In this document: piece after piece, positions 8,863-17,901 of the stretch
How positions within the stretch are numbered: position 1 is the first letter of the stretch
How the letters are laid out: each line of letters starts with the position of its first letter
Origin: an uncultured Rhodobacteraceae bacterium
GTDB taxonomy: Bacteria; Pseudomonadota; Alphaproteobacteria; Rhodobacterales; Rhodobacteraceae
Assembly: GCA_965659715.1 (NCBI GenBank)
Contig: CBFHXE010000006.1
Location: 287 to 64,286, forward strand
DNA length: 64,000 nucleotides
Reading direction: 5' to 3'
Program-made: the position numbers and the translations under genes
The notes under the pieces: model-generated
Told to the model about the DNA's origin: nothing
Seen by the model: only the letters and a program-made list of their open reading frames with translations
Databases searched by the model: none

Positions 8863-9963
8863 ATGGCATTTTCAACTCGAGATCAATTGACATATTGGGG
8901 AATTGCTGGCGCGGCATTATTTGCTGTTCTTTGGTTTTTGGGGGATGTTCTTCTGCCTTTTGTTTTAGGGGCGGCGATCGCTTATTTCCTTGATCCCATC
9001 GCGGATAAACTCGAACGACTTGGACTGTCTCGTATCTTGGCAGTTTTGGTTATTTCTTTAGCCGTTGTGATTGTTCTATTACCTGCTGTGATTTTTGTGC
9101 TGTCCACCCTAACGGGGCAGATCGCTGCCATTGGAAGTCTAAGCGTGCCTCCTGATCTTATAAACGAAGTCGAGGCACAGTTGCAAAAACTCTTGCCCAG
9201 CGCGATGACCAGCGATCTTGATCTTGAAACTTCAATTGCTCAATTCGCTGAGTTTGTGCGATCCCGCGCAGAGCAGCTTTTCAATAGCTTTGGAGGCCAT
9301 ATTTTTGGAGCTTTGATGTCTTCGGCAGCGTCATTGTTCAATATAGTCCTGCTGTTGGTCATTGTCCCAGTGGTGACGGTCTATCTACTTTTGGACTGGG
9401 ACAGAATGATTGCACGACTTGATACCTTTCTGCCGCGCGACCACGCGCCATCGGTGCGCCGCATCGCCAGCGAAATCGACCACACTCTGTCGTCTTTTGT
9501 GCGGGGTATGGGCTCTGTCTGCCTCATACTGGGCAGCTACTATGCCATTTCTCTTTGGCTTGTTGGGTTAAACTTTGGGCTTGCCGTTGGGTTTTTCGCG
9601 GGCCTTGTGACCTTTATTCCCTATCTCGGTTCATTGGTTGGCGGAGCCTTGGCCATCGGCTTGGGGCTCATTGAGTTCTGGGGCGAATGGGGCAAATTGG
9701 GGCTGGTCGCTGGAATTTTCTTTCTTGGCCAAGTGATTGAGGGCAATTACCTCACCCCGAAACTGGTGGGTAAATCGGTTGGGCTTCACCCTGTTTGGCT
9801 GCTATTAGCACTATCGGTCTTTGGTGCACTGTTTGGATTTTTGGGAATGCTTATTGCTGTCCCTGTGGCCGCCACACTGGGTGTTTTGGTGCGCTTTGGC
9901 CTCGATCAATATAAAACTGGACGGCTTTACAAAGGCCTGTCGGAAACCGATAAAAAACCGTGA
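8863..9963 (+). CDS. AI-2E family (PerM) transporter
   Basis: LLPFVLGAAIAYFLDP, FIPYLG, EGNYLTPKLVGKSVGLHPVW. Confidence 0.92.
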   Translation: MAFSTRDQLTYWGIAGAALFAVLWFLGDVLLPFVLGAAIAYFLDPIADKLERLGLSRILAVLVISLAVVIVLLPAVIFVLSTLTGQIAAIGSLSVPPDLINEVEAQLQKLLPSAMTSDLDLETSIAQFAEFVRSRAEQLFNSFGGHIFGALMSSAASLFNIVLLLVIVPVVTVYLLLDWDRMIARLDTFLPRDHAPSVRRIASEIDHTLSSFVRGMGSVCLILGSYYAISLWLVGLNFGLAVGFFAGLVTFIPYLGSLVGGALAIGLGLIEFWGEWGKLGLVAGIFFLGQVIEGNYLTPKLVGKSVGLHPVWLLLALSVFGALFGFLGMLIAVPVAATLGVLVRFGLDQYKTGRLYKGLSETDKKP

Positions 9964-10646
9964 CACCCAAGCAACTTATTTTGGATCTGCCGAGCCGGAC
10001 TGCATTAGGAAGAGGCGACTTTTTCGTAAGTAAAAGTAATACCATTGCGCTGTCCTTAATAGAAGACTGGCAAAACTGGCCAGGCGGCAGGCATACACTC
10101 AGTGGACCGCAGGGATCGGGTAAAACGCACCTGGCGCATGTCTGGGCAGAGATCAGCAATGCTAACATTATCTCAGCACATGATATTCGCACCTACGACA
10201 ACGCAGATTTGGTCCGAGCCAATCTAGTTATTGAAGATATCCCAGAAGTGGGTGAAGATACGGCCGCCCAAGAGCAACTTTTTCATCTGCACAACCTGTT
10301 TGCTGCTGAAAAAAAGTTTTTGCTGTTCTCCGGCCGCGGCACGCCGCTAAACTGGAAAATTACATTGCCTGATTTAGCTTCGCGCCTGCAAGGCGCGCGG
10401 AATGCCCAACTTAAAGAGCCAGATGATGCGCTGTTTTCCGCGTTGTTGGCCAAGCTTTTTGCAGATCGACAAGTCTATCCTGCACCCGATGTGATCCAAT
10501 ATCTGGTGGCGCGATTAGAGCGATCGTTTGCCGCCGCTCAAACCTTTGTGGAAAAGTTTGATGCCGCTGCGATGCGCGAAAAGCGGCCAATGACCCGCAG
10601 CCTCGCTAGTAAAATTCTAAACGCTGATAGCAGATCAGAATATTGA
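9960..10646 (+). CDS. hda: DnaA regulatory inactivator Hda/HdaA
   Basis: QLILDL beta-clamp motif, GPQGSGKTHL Walker A, LFHLHN, LPDLASRL; GTG start overlaps the upstream stop. Confidence 0.88.
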   Translation: MTPKQLILDLPSRTALGRGDFFVSKSNTIALSLIEDWQNWPGGRHTLSGPQGSGKTHLAHVWAEISNANIISAHDIRTYDNADLVRANLVIEDIPEVGEDTAAQEQLFHLHNLFAAEKKFLLFSGRGTPLNWKITLPDLASRLQGARNAQLKEPDDALFSALLAKLFADRQVYPAPDVIQYLVARLERSFAAAQTFVEKFDAAAMREKRPMTRSLASKILNADSRSEY

Positions 10647-10712
10647 CCTGCGCCGCCAGCATCGGCATAGAGGACTTAAACTGCGAGCCAAGGCGACTTA
10701 AAGGACCCCTTT

Positions 10713-12263
10713 ATGACCTCACACTCTTCGACATCGGATCATGACTGGGATCAGATCGAGCCGCAGATATTTTTCGATCAAGCCAAGCGTCGGCTTTCCA
10801 AAGTTGGGGTCATTGATGTGGGGTCAAACTCTGTTCGGCTTGTGGTTTTTGATGGGGCAGCGCGGTCTCCTGCTTATTTTTATAATGAAAAGATCATGTG
10901 TGCGCTTGGCGAAGGTCTGGCAGCCACCGGTCATCTAAATCCAGAAGGCCGGGTACGGGCCATAAAAGCCATCAACAGGTTTCGCCATTTGGCCAAAGCC
11001 ATGGATATCCCCGACCTCACTGCTGTGGCCACTGCGGCAGTACGCGATGCAAAAGATGGCCACGCGTTTTGCGCGGATGTGTTGCAGGCCACGGGTCAAA
11101 AAATAAGAATTATCAACGGTAAAGAAGAAGCCCGCCTTTCTGCGCAAGGTGTGCTGCTTGGGTGGCCTGGCGCCTATGGTCTCGTCTGCGATCTAGGCGG
11201 ATCATCGATGGAACTGGCAGAGATTTTTGACGGTAAGGTTGGCAAGTGTGCGTCCTCTCGCATTGGACCTTTCAAACTTATGGATATCGCTGGCGGCAGG
11301 GCTGAACGGGGCAAAGCTATTGCAAAATCCATCACAAAACTGGCCAAGAAAATGGGCCCGCAACACAACCGGTTGTTCCTTGTTGGTGGTTCTTGGCGGG
11401 TGCTTGCCCGGGTGGATATGGTGCGCCGGAGCTATCCGCTTTCTGTACTGCATGAGTATCGGATGACACCGGAAAGTGTCGCTAAAACACTCGATTATCT
11501 GAGCACTGCAAATTTGGAAGAGCTGCGCCTAAAGTGTACTGTATCCGCCGCTCGCATGGCGCTGGTGCCTTATGCCGCCGAGGTTCTAAAAGGTATCCTT
11601 GAAACGTTTGAGCCAATTGATATTGCCGTCTCCAGTTATGGCATCCGAGAGGGGATGCTATTTGAGCAAATGCCAAAAGCCATTCGTGATCAGGATCCGC
11701 TGATTGAAGCCTGTGCCTTTTCCGAAGCCAAGGACAGCCGCGTTCCCGGATTTGGCCAAAGGTTGTTTGACTTTGTAAAACCCTTGTTTCCCGACGCAGA
11801 TATAGAGCTAGAGCGGTTGATCAAAGCGGCCTGTCACCTGCATGATGTCAGTTGGCGCGCGCATCCCGACTACCGCGCCGAAATTTGCTTTGATAATGCA
11901 ACACGGGCCAACCTAGGTGGGCTGAAACATTCTGAGCGCGTGTTTTTGGGCCTATCGCTAATGCACCGGTACCGCAACAAACGTGAGGGCGCGCGGTTTA
12001 CAGATCTTTTCACCCTATTGTCGGACGGACAGACGCAGCAGGCCGAAGTGCTGGGCAAAGCCATGCGACTTGGGGCTATGATGTGGATTGCGGGGGATGA
12101 AAAACGTGCGCGCCTGCACTGGGACGAAAACACCCGCCTGCTGCGCCTAAGCCTGCCGCCTGAAGCAGCGCCGCTTTATGGTGAAGTGGCAAAAGCGCGC
12201 CTAAGCTCATTGGCGACATCGCTAAAAGCCGAATTTGAATTTGTCACCAGTGATCAAATTTAG
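10713..12263 (+). CDS. ppx: Ppx/GppA exopolyphosphatase
   Basis: IDVGSNSVRL, ATAAVRDA, EEARL, DLGGSSME, GIREG, LHDV. Confidence 0.93.
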   Translation: MTSHSSTSDHDWDQIEPQIFFDQAKRRLSKVGVIDVGSNSVRLVVFDGAARSPAYFYNEKIMCALGEGLAATGHLNPEGRVRAIKAINRFRHLAKAMDIPDLTAVATAAVRDAKDGHAFCADVLQATGQKIRIINGKEEARLSAQGVLLGWPGAYGLVCDLGGSSMELAEIFDGKVGKCASSRIGPFKLMDIAGGRAERGKAIAKSITKLAKKMGPQHNRLFLVGGSWRVLARVDMVRRSYPLSVLHEYRMTPESVAKTLDYLSTANLEELRLKCTVSAARMALVPYAAEVLKGILETFEPIDIAVSSYGIREGMLFEQMPKAIRDQDPLIEACAFSEAKDSRVPGFGQRLFDFVKPLFPDADIELERLIKAACHLHDVSWRAHPDYRAEICFDNATRANLGGLKHSERVFLGLSLMHRYRNKREGARFTDLFTLLSDGQTQQAEVLGKAMRLGAMMWIAGDEKRARLHWDENTRLLRLSLPPEAAPLYGEVAKARLSSLATSLKAEFEFVTSDQI

Positions 12264-12321
12264 GGCAAATTTTCGTTCAAGAGGAATTTATGTGCGTGGC
12301 GTCTAAAGCCAGGCGTGGGCT

Positions 12322-13488
12322 TTAGAGCGCTACCAATTTAATATTGCCTGCCTCAATTCCATTTTGTGTGACTGTAACAACCGCGACCTGACTGCCGTCA
12401 AAAATGATAGCAAATTCCGCTTCTGTTCCCACAGCGCTGCCTTCTGCAGGTGGCATTTCTTCCAATTCTAGCAACGGCTCAGACGAAGGATCACTGAGTT
12501 CACTTGCTATATAATAAATTTCAATCGAGTCTTCATTTTCATTAAAATCAAGAATTTGTGCCGTATCGCTGCTTTCATTCGCGATTACCACAAAGGTATC
12601 ATCTCCGCCTCCACCTGTGGCTATATCCTGGCTCTCAACAACAATGGCATCATTGCCCGCACCGCCATCAAGAATGTTATGGCCTCCCCAGCCAAATATC
12701 GCATCATTGCCTGCACCGCCACTGAGCGAGTCGTCGCCTGCACCGCCATACATAAAGTCATCGCCTGCACCGCCCTCAAGAGTGTCGTTGCCAACCTCAC
12801 CATTCATCGCATCATCGCCATCACCACCTTTCAGCAGGTCATCGCCAGCCCAGCCGAACATAATATCATGCCCTTCACCGCCATCGAGAGTATCGTTGCC
12901 AGCCCAGCCATCCATCAGATCATCGCCCAAACCGCCAAACAGAAAATCGATGCTGTTCCCGCCATCAACCAGATCGTTGCCGTCATCCCCGAAGATAAAA
13001 TCGGTACCATTGCCCCCAAAAAGTTGATCGTCACCCCATTCGCCCGCCAAAAAGTCATCCCCATTGCCGCCATTTATGGTGTCATCAGAAGGCTGGCCAC
13101 TGTTTGGCGTTTCAGAGTTACCCGCGTCACCGAATAGGACATCATGGCCTTCGTCGCCTTTGATAAAATCGCTGCCAGAACCGCCAACTATCCCATCATG
13201 GCCCAATCCGCCGTCAATCTCATCATTCCCACTGCCGCCGTCAATCTGATCGTTTCCGGCATTTGCATGGATCGTATCATCACCATCCAAACCGTTGATG
13301 CTATTGTGCCCAGCATCGCCAAAGATAATATCATCGCCGTTTTGTTCGAAGCCGGTTTCTAAATCTGCTGTATCACTGGAAGACGCATTTGCGTTTTTAT
13401 CTTCATTGTCATCGTCGTCAAAATATCCCAAATTTTCGACAGCGATCCAGCCAATGGCTATTGGAAGCAACATCAGTAAGCCAAGCAT
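12322..13488 (-). CDS. RTX/hemolysin-type calcium-binding repeat protein with N-terminal hydrophobic segment
   Basis: Many GGxGxDxLx nonapeptides; C-terminal ILDFNENEDSIEI; MLGLLMLLPIAIGW N-terminus. Confidence 0.85.
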   Translation of the reverse strand: MLGLLMLLPIAIGWIAVENLGYFDDDDNEDKNANASSSDTADLETGFEQNGDDIIFGDAGHNSINGLDGDDTIHANAGNDQIDGGSGNDEIDGGLGHDGIVGGSGSDFIKGDEGHDVLFGDAGNSETPNSGQPSDDTINGGNGDDFLAGEWGDDQLFGGNGTDFIFGDDGNDLVDGGNSIDFLFGGLGDDLMDGWAGNDTLDGGEGHDIMFGWAGDDLLKGGDGDDAMNGEVGNDTLEGGAGDDFMYGGAGDDSLSGGAGNDAIFGWGGHNILDGGAGNDAIVVESQDIATGGGGDDTFVVIANESSDTAQILDFNENEDSIEIYYIASELSDPSSEPLLELEEMPPAEGSAVGTEAEFAIIFDGSQVAVVTVTQNGIEAGNIKLVAL

Positions 13489-13762
13489 GATTTCTCTCAC
13501 TACTATAAATAAAATATATTTAAGGATCAAAAATATACCCTTACAGGTATATCAAATCAAGTCGATGACATCGTCCCATAACATTAGCGAAACAATCCAT
13601 TTCAAATAGGTTTATTGATCCACTATCTTGCTGTTTCTGTGATTAAGTTACATCAACCCTTACCCGTCACAGGATTAGAGCAATCAATTAAAAAGTGTCC
13701 AGAGCGAATAATGGGCTGCGAATCGACCCGTCATGAAACAACCTTTAATGTCATCAGTGGGG

Positions 13763-14443
13763 TTAAACACGCTCCGCAACAATTTCATCAAAGGCTTGAT
13801 TGATCTGGCTCATACGCCGCTCAGCAAGTTTCACCGCCTCTTCCGGGACGCCGCGGGCAATCATTTGATCTGGATGGCTTTCACGCGCCAAGCTCTTCCA
13901 AACCGATTTTATTGTTTCAAAACTATCGTCCGGACTGACCCCTAAAACTATATATGGATCTGGAGCTTCATCCGTCACATACCGGGCACGCAGCATGCGA
14001 AATTCGCGGCTGGTAAGGCCAAATATTTCCGCAACAGTTTCCAAAAATACATTTTCACTGGGATGATAATGTCCATCAATGGTCGCAATATGGAAAAGTC
14101 CATCCAGCAAATCTTTCAAGATCTGATTGCCACGGCCAAACATCGCACTGATCCGCCGAGCGTAAAATTCATAGCCAGAAACATCCTGACGGGCCAGATC
14201 AAATACGCGGGCAGCTTGGGTCATTTGTGACTTTGGAATGTAAAATACCTGCCGGAATGCCGTGACTTCATCCTTGGTCACCACGCCATCTGCCTTGGCC
14301 ATTTTTGCCCCTAGCGCAATCACTGCAATCGTAAACCCGACAGAACGTTCGGGCGGGGTGCGCAAGCGGTCAAAAACCGCCGAAAGAGCTTCGCCTTTTG
14401 TAAGTGCTTCAATGGCTTGTGATATGCGTGTCCAAATTGACAT
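13763..14443 (-). CDS. djlA: Co-chaperone DjlA (TerB-like domain plus J domain)
   Basis: AKMAKADG..., DPYIVLGV, HPD motif. Confidence 0.92.
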   Translation of the reverse strand: MSIWTRISQAIEALTKGEALSAVFDRLRTPPERSVGFTIAVIALGAKMAKADGVVTKDEVTAFRQVFYIPKSQMTQAARVFDLARQDVSGYEFYARRISAMFGRGNQILKDLLDGLFHIATIDGHYHPSENVFLETVAEIFGLTSREFRMLRARYVTDEAPDPYIVLGVSPDDSFETIKSVWKSLARESHPDQMIARGVPEEAVKLAERRMSQINQAFDEIVAERV

Positions 14444-14485
14444 GGAATGAGCTTAAACTGATCCCATCCGATTGTCAGCGTGCAA

Positions 14486-14983
14486 TCAGAGAAATTTCTG
14501 CAAAAGAACCAAATCCAACCATCGGTCAAATTTACGCCCCACCTGCGGCAAGACTGCAACCTGCGTAAAGCCGAGCGATTTGTGAAATGCGATACCTGAA
14601 GGGTTTTCCCCACTCACCCCAGCCCAAAGCGTGTGAACACCGGCAGTGCGGGCATGGCCCATAAGGGTTTGCATCAATCGCCGCCCAAGACCGTAGCCCC
14701 GCGCGCGCTCTGCCAAAATAATCGAATGCTCCATGGTGCGCGAATATCCAGGACCACCACGAAATTGGAAATAGGTATTAAACCCCATTATCCCTTGGCT
14801 GTCCTCTGCCAAAAAGAACCCCCTGTCATCCCGATTGCAATCCTGGATCTGTTGCTCAAGCCCAGAAATTGTTTTTTGCTCGGATGTAAACGTGAATGCA
14901 CTATCACGGATAATAGGGTTCCAAAGTTCGGCAATGGCTTTAGCGTCATCAGGTGTGGCTAAACGTATGGCTATCTCAGACAT
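14486..14983 (-). CDS. GNAT N-acetyltransferase (phosphinothricin acetyltransferase-like)
   Basis: FRGGPGY..TMEHSI, RGYGLGRRL, FHKSLGF, VGRKFDRWLD. Confidence 0.9.
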   Translation of the reverse strand: MSEIAIRLATPDDAKAIAELWNPIIRDSAFTFTSEQKTISGLEQQIQDCNRDDRGFFLAEDSQGIMGFNTYFQFRGGPGYSRTMEHSIILAERARGYGLGRRLMQTLMGHARTAGVHTLWAGVSGENPSGIAFHKSLGFTQVAVLPQVGRKFDRWLDLVLLQKFL

Positions 14984-15585
14984 TTCATGCCCCAAGGTGT
15001 ATCAATTTCAATTTCAAAAGATGGCTGCTCGGCATATTCCACAACCACACGGGGATCTTTGAGCAAACCTTGTAGAAATTGCGCGAGCTTGTCATGGCTA
15101 GGATGGTTGATTTTTAACTCTCGCAGGCGGCAACCTTGATCAGGCAAGCTTCTTGCAGGAGACGGCAGATCTGCCCAGTCGATCAATGCCGGAGCGCAAC
15201 CGTCGAGCGGCAAACAGCCATTTTCGGGCACTGTTATCTGCCATCTGATGTCACCGCGACGAACCTCAACCATAGGCCCTGTTCCAGCCAAAGCACGCGG
15301 TAAATCAGTCTTTGGCTCATTGGTTTTACAAATCCAATTGGTCGGCCGTGGCGGTCCAGAAAACCGATCAAGATTAAACCACCGGCAACGTGGCACTGCG
15401 CCAGAGGAAGGGTCAATAGCAATCACTTCAAGGTAAATATCGCCTAAACCAAGCAATCTGTTGTGGGTTGCAAAAAGAGGATGCTTACCACCCGCCGCCA
15501 TTGAAACGCCCAGCGTCGTTTCAACATAATCCACCCCTTCCCCAAGGGTTTCCGCAGCTATGGCAATATGGTCAAGCGTCAGCAT
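14971..15585 (-). CDS. VOC/glyoxalase-like domain protein
   Basis: LDHIAI, GGKHP.FATHNRL, YLEVIAID, PALIDW. Confidence 0.85.
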   Translation of the reverse strand: MLTLDHIAIAAETLGEGVDYVETTLGVSMAAGGKHPLFATHNRLLGLGDIYLEVIAIDPSSGAVPRCRWFNLDRFSGPPRPTNWICKTNEPKTDLPRALAGTGPMVEVRRGDIRWQITVPENGCLPLDGCAPALIDWADLPSPARSLPDQGCRLRELKINHPSHDKLAQFLQGLLKDPRVVVEYAEQPSFEIEIDTPWGMKCLR

Positions 15586-15668
15586 AGGCAATTTTATCCA
15601 CAACTCCTGACCTTAGCGCAATTGAAAATCGCCCTTTTCAACTCATAAAGAGCGCAATTCTCTGCAGC

Positions 15669-16865
15669 TTAAGTCACGCGCGCCTTGATCTTAAACTCAG
15701 CCTTATCCCATAAATTACCCTGCATAATTTCGGTTAAAATTTCACACCCGGCCAGAACATCATCCCGATCCAAATACAGCGGTGTGAACCCAAATCGCAT
15801 AATATCTGGTGCCCTAAAATCACCAATGACACCGCGCTCAATAAGCGCCTGCATCGCAGCATACCCATGCTCAAAGTGAAACGAGACCTGAGAACCGCGT
15901 TCAGCTGGGTCTCGGGGTGAAGCCAGCGTGAGCATTGGACAGTTTTTTTCGACAGTCTCGATAAAGAGCGTACTTAATTCTATCGAACGTTCGCGCAAAT
16001 CAGCCATGTCTACCCGATCCCAAATATCGAGTGCAGCCTCAAGGCTGGCCATAGCAATCACCGAAGGTGTGCCCACACGCATTCTCTCAATACCTTCACC
16101 TGCTGCATAGCTTGGCTCAAACGCAAACGGGGCCGCATGTCCCAACCAACCGGACAAAGCCGGACGGGCACGGCCCAAATGGCGTGGAGCCACGTAAATG
16201 AAGCCCGGCGCGCCGGGGCCACCATTCAGATATTTATAAGTGCAGCCGACGGCAAAATCAGCCCCGCACCCCATTAGATCAACCTCAAAGGCCCCTGCGG
16301 AATGCGCTAGGTCCCAAACCGTAAGCGCCCCGACCGCATGCGCCTTGGCCGTAAGGTCGCGCATATCATGGCGCCGCCCTGTGCGGTAATCAACTTCTGT
16401 GATCAGCGTGACTGCGACCTCATCGGTAATATTCTTGGCAATATCTTCTGGGGCAACAACGCGCAACTCATGGCCAGCATTAAGCGACTTTATCAAACCT
16501 TCGGCCATGTAAAGATCTGATGGAAAATTCCCACTATCAGAAAGAATAACACGCCGATCGGGACGCATCTCAAGCGCCGAGGCAAGCGCTTGGTAGACCT
16601 TGATCGATAGGGTATCACCAACCACCACATGTCCGCGCTCTGCGCCGATCAACCGCGCAATCCGATCTCCAACGGACACCGGCTGCTGCATCCAACCGGC
16701 ATTGTTCCAGCCGGTGATCAACATCTCGCCCCATTCACTTTCCATTATCTGGCTAACTTTTTGGACGGCAGCTTTCGGCAAAGGGCCAAGCGAGTTGCCA
16801 TCTAGATAAATCATCCCTTGCGGCAGATTAAAATGTGCTTTTGTGTCGGAAAAATTGGTCTTCAT
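15669..16865 (-). CDS. kynU: Kynureninase
   Basis: IYLDGNSLG, NFPSDLY, WDLAHSAGA, GCTYKYLNGGPG (PLP Lys). Confidence 0.96.
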   Translation of the reverse strand: MKTNFSDTKAHFNLPQGMIYLDGNSLGPLPKAAVQKVSQIMESEWGEMLITGWNNAGWMQQPVSVGDRIARLIGAERGHVVVGDTLSIKVYQALASALEMRPDRRVILSDSGNFPSDLYMAEGLIKSLNAGHELRVVAPEDIAKNITDEVAVTLITEVDYRTGRRHDMRDLTAKAHAVGALTVWDLAHSAGAFEVDLMGCGADFAVGCTYKYLNGGPGAPGFIYVAPRHLGRARPALSGWLGHAAPFAFEPSYAAGEGIERMRVGTPSVIAMASLEAALDIWDRVDMADLRERSIELSTLFIETVEKNCPMLTLASPRDPAERGSQVSFHFEHGYAAMQALIERGVIGDFRAPDIMRFGFTPLYLDRDDVLAGCEILTEIMQGNLWDKAEFKIKARVT

Positions 16866-17611
16866 ACCTGACCCCCTGCAATATTAATTGTTTGCCCGTT
16901 GACGCTTGCGGCTGCGGGCGCGCAAAGCCAAAGGGCGGCCTGTGCAACTTCATCAGCATCAATTAATCTTTTGTGCAGGTTTGAGCCCACCATCATTTCC
17001 ATTGCTTGTTCCTGAGAAAAACCACGTTTTTGGATCGCGTCAAGGTTTGCGTCGATAATAGGAGTATCAACATATCCAGGGCAAAGGGCATTAAACGTAA
17101 TTGACCCACCAAGATATTCTTCTGAATAAGAGCGGATCAAACCGATGAGCCCATGCTTGCTGGCGGCATAGGCGCCACCGCCTTTAAGCCCTCTGATCCC
17201 CGCAATTGACGAGACGCCAATCACCCTGCCCCAATCGGCGGTTGCCATCGAGCGCATGGCTTCACGAATTGTGATAAAGGCACCATCAAGGTTGGTGGCC
17301 ATGATTTTGCGCCAAAGATCCATTTCAGTTTTCTGCAGCGCCCGACCTTCGGCAATACCTGCGTTGGCAACACAAATTTGGATAGGCCCTCTGGCTTCCA
17401 CGGCCTGGGCAATGGTGTCGCGCTGTGCGTCCTCATCCGTGACATCCATTGCCAGTGGATAAATCCGCTCATTAGCCACCTCTTCCAGCACCGCAAGCCT
17501 ACGGCCGGTGATGGTGACGAGGGCCCCCTCGGAGGCCAAAGCGTGCGCAATTGCCAACCCTATTCCGGTCCCGCCCCCGGTCACCAAAGCATGTGCACCA
17601 TTTAATGACAT
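16862..17611 (-). CDS. SDR family oxidoreductase
   Basis: TGGGTGIG, ANAG, YAASKHG. Confidence 0.92.
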   Translation of the reverse strand: MSLNGAHALVTGGGTGIGLAIAHALASEGALVTITGRRLAVLEEVANERIYPLAMDVTDEDAQRDTIAQAVEARGPIQICVANAGIAEGRALQKTEMDLWRKIMATNLDGAFITIREAMRSMATADWGRVIGVSSIAGIRGLKGGGAYAASKHGLIGLIRSYSEEYLGGSITFNALCPGYVDTPIIDANLDAIQKRGFSQEQAMEMMVGSNLHKRLIDADEVAQAALWLCAPAAASVNGQTINIAGGQV

Positions 17612-17901
17612 CGCAAATTCCTCCTGATCACAAAACTCATATCAATCCTTTAACAAAGCGCAAGCATCTAGGTTGCTTTGCGCGACAGTAATTTGCCACT
17701 TAAGCCTGTTCAAGCTTGGGCCAATGAAAGCCTTGGGACAGTTGCAAATAAATATAACTCTTACGAAAAGATCTAAAATCAGACCAATGGAGAATTCCGA
17801 CACGTAAATATCCAATTACGGCATTCACATTTGCGCGTGTTGGCTGTAACTAACACCGCACATAAGATCAAATTTAAAAAATATTCGCGGAGAGAGTGCC
17901 A

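Noticed and set aside
12600-13330. 27-nt periodicity resembling a repeat array or CRISPR
   Set aside because: Degenerate coding repeats (GGxGxDxLx); no identical repeats with unique spacers and no cas genes
12556-13609. Several plus-strand ORFs (193, 136, 104 aa) with Ser/Pro- or Ile/Ala-rich repeats
   Set aside because: Antisense shadows of the RTX nonapeptide repeats
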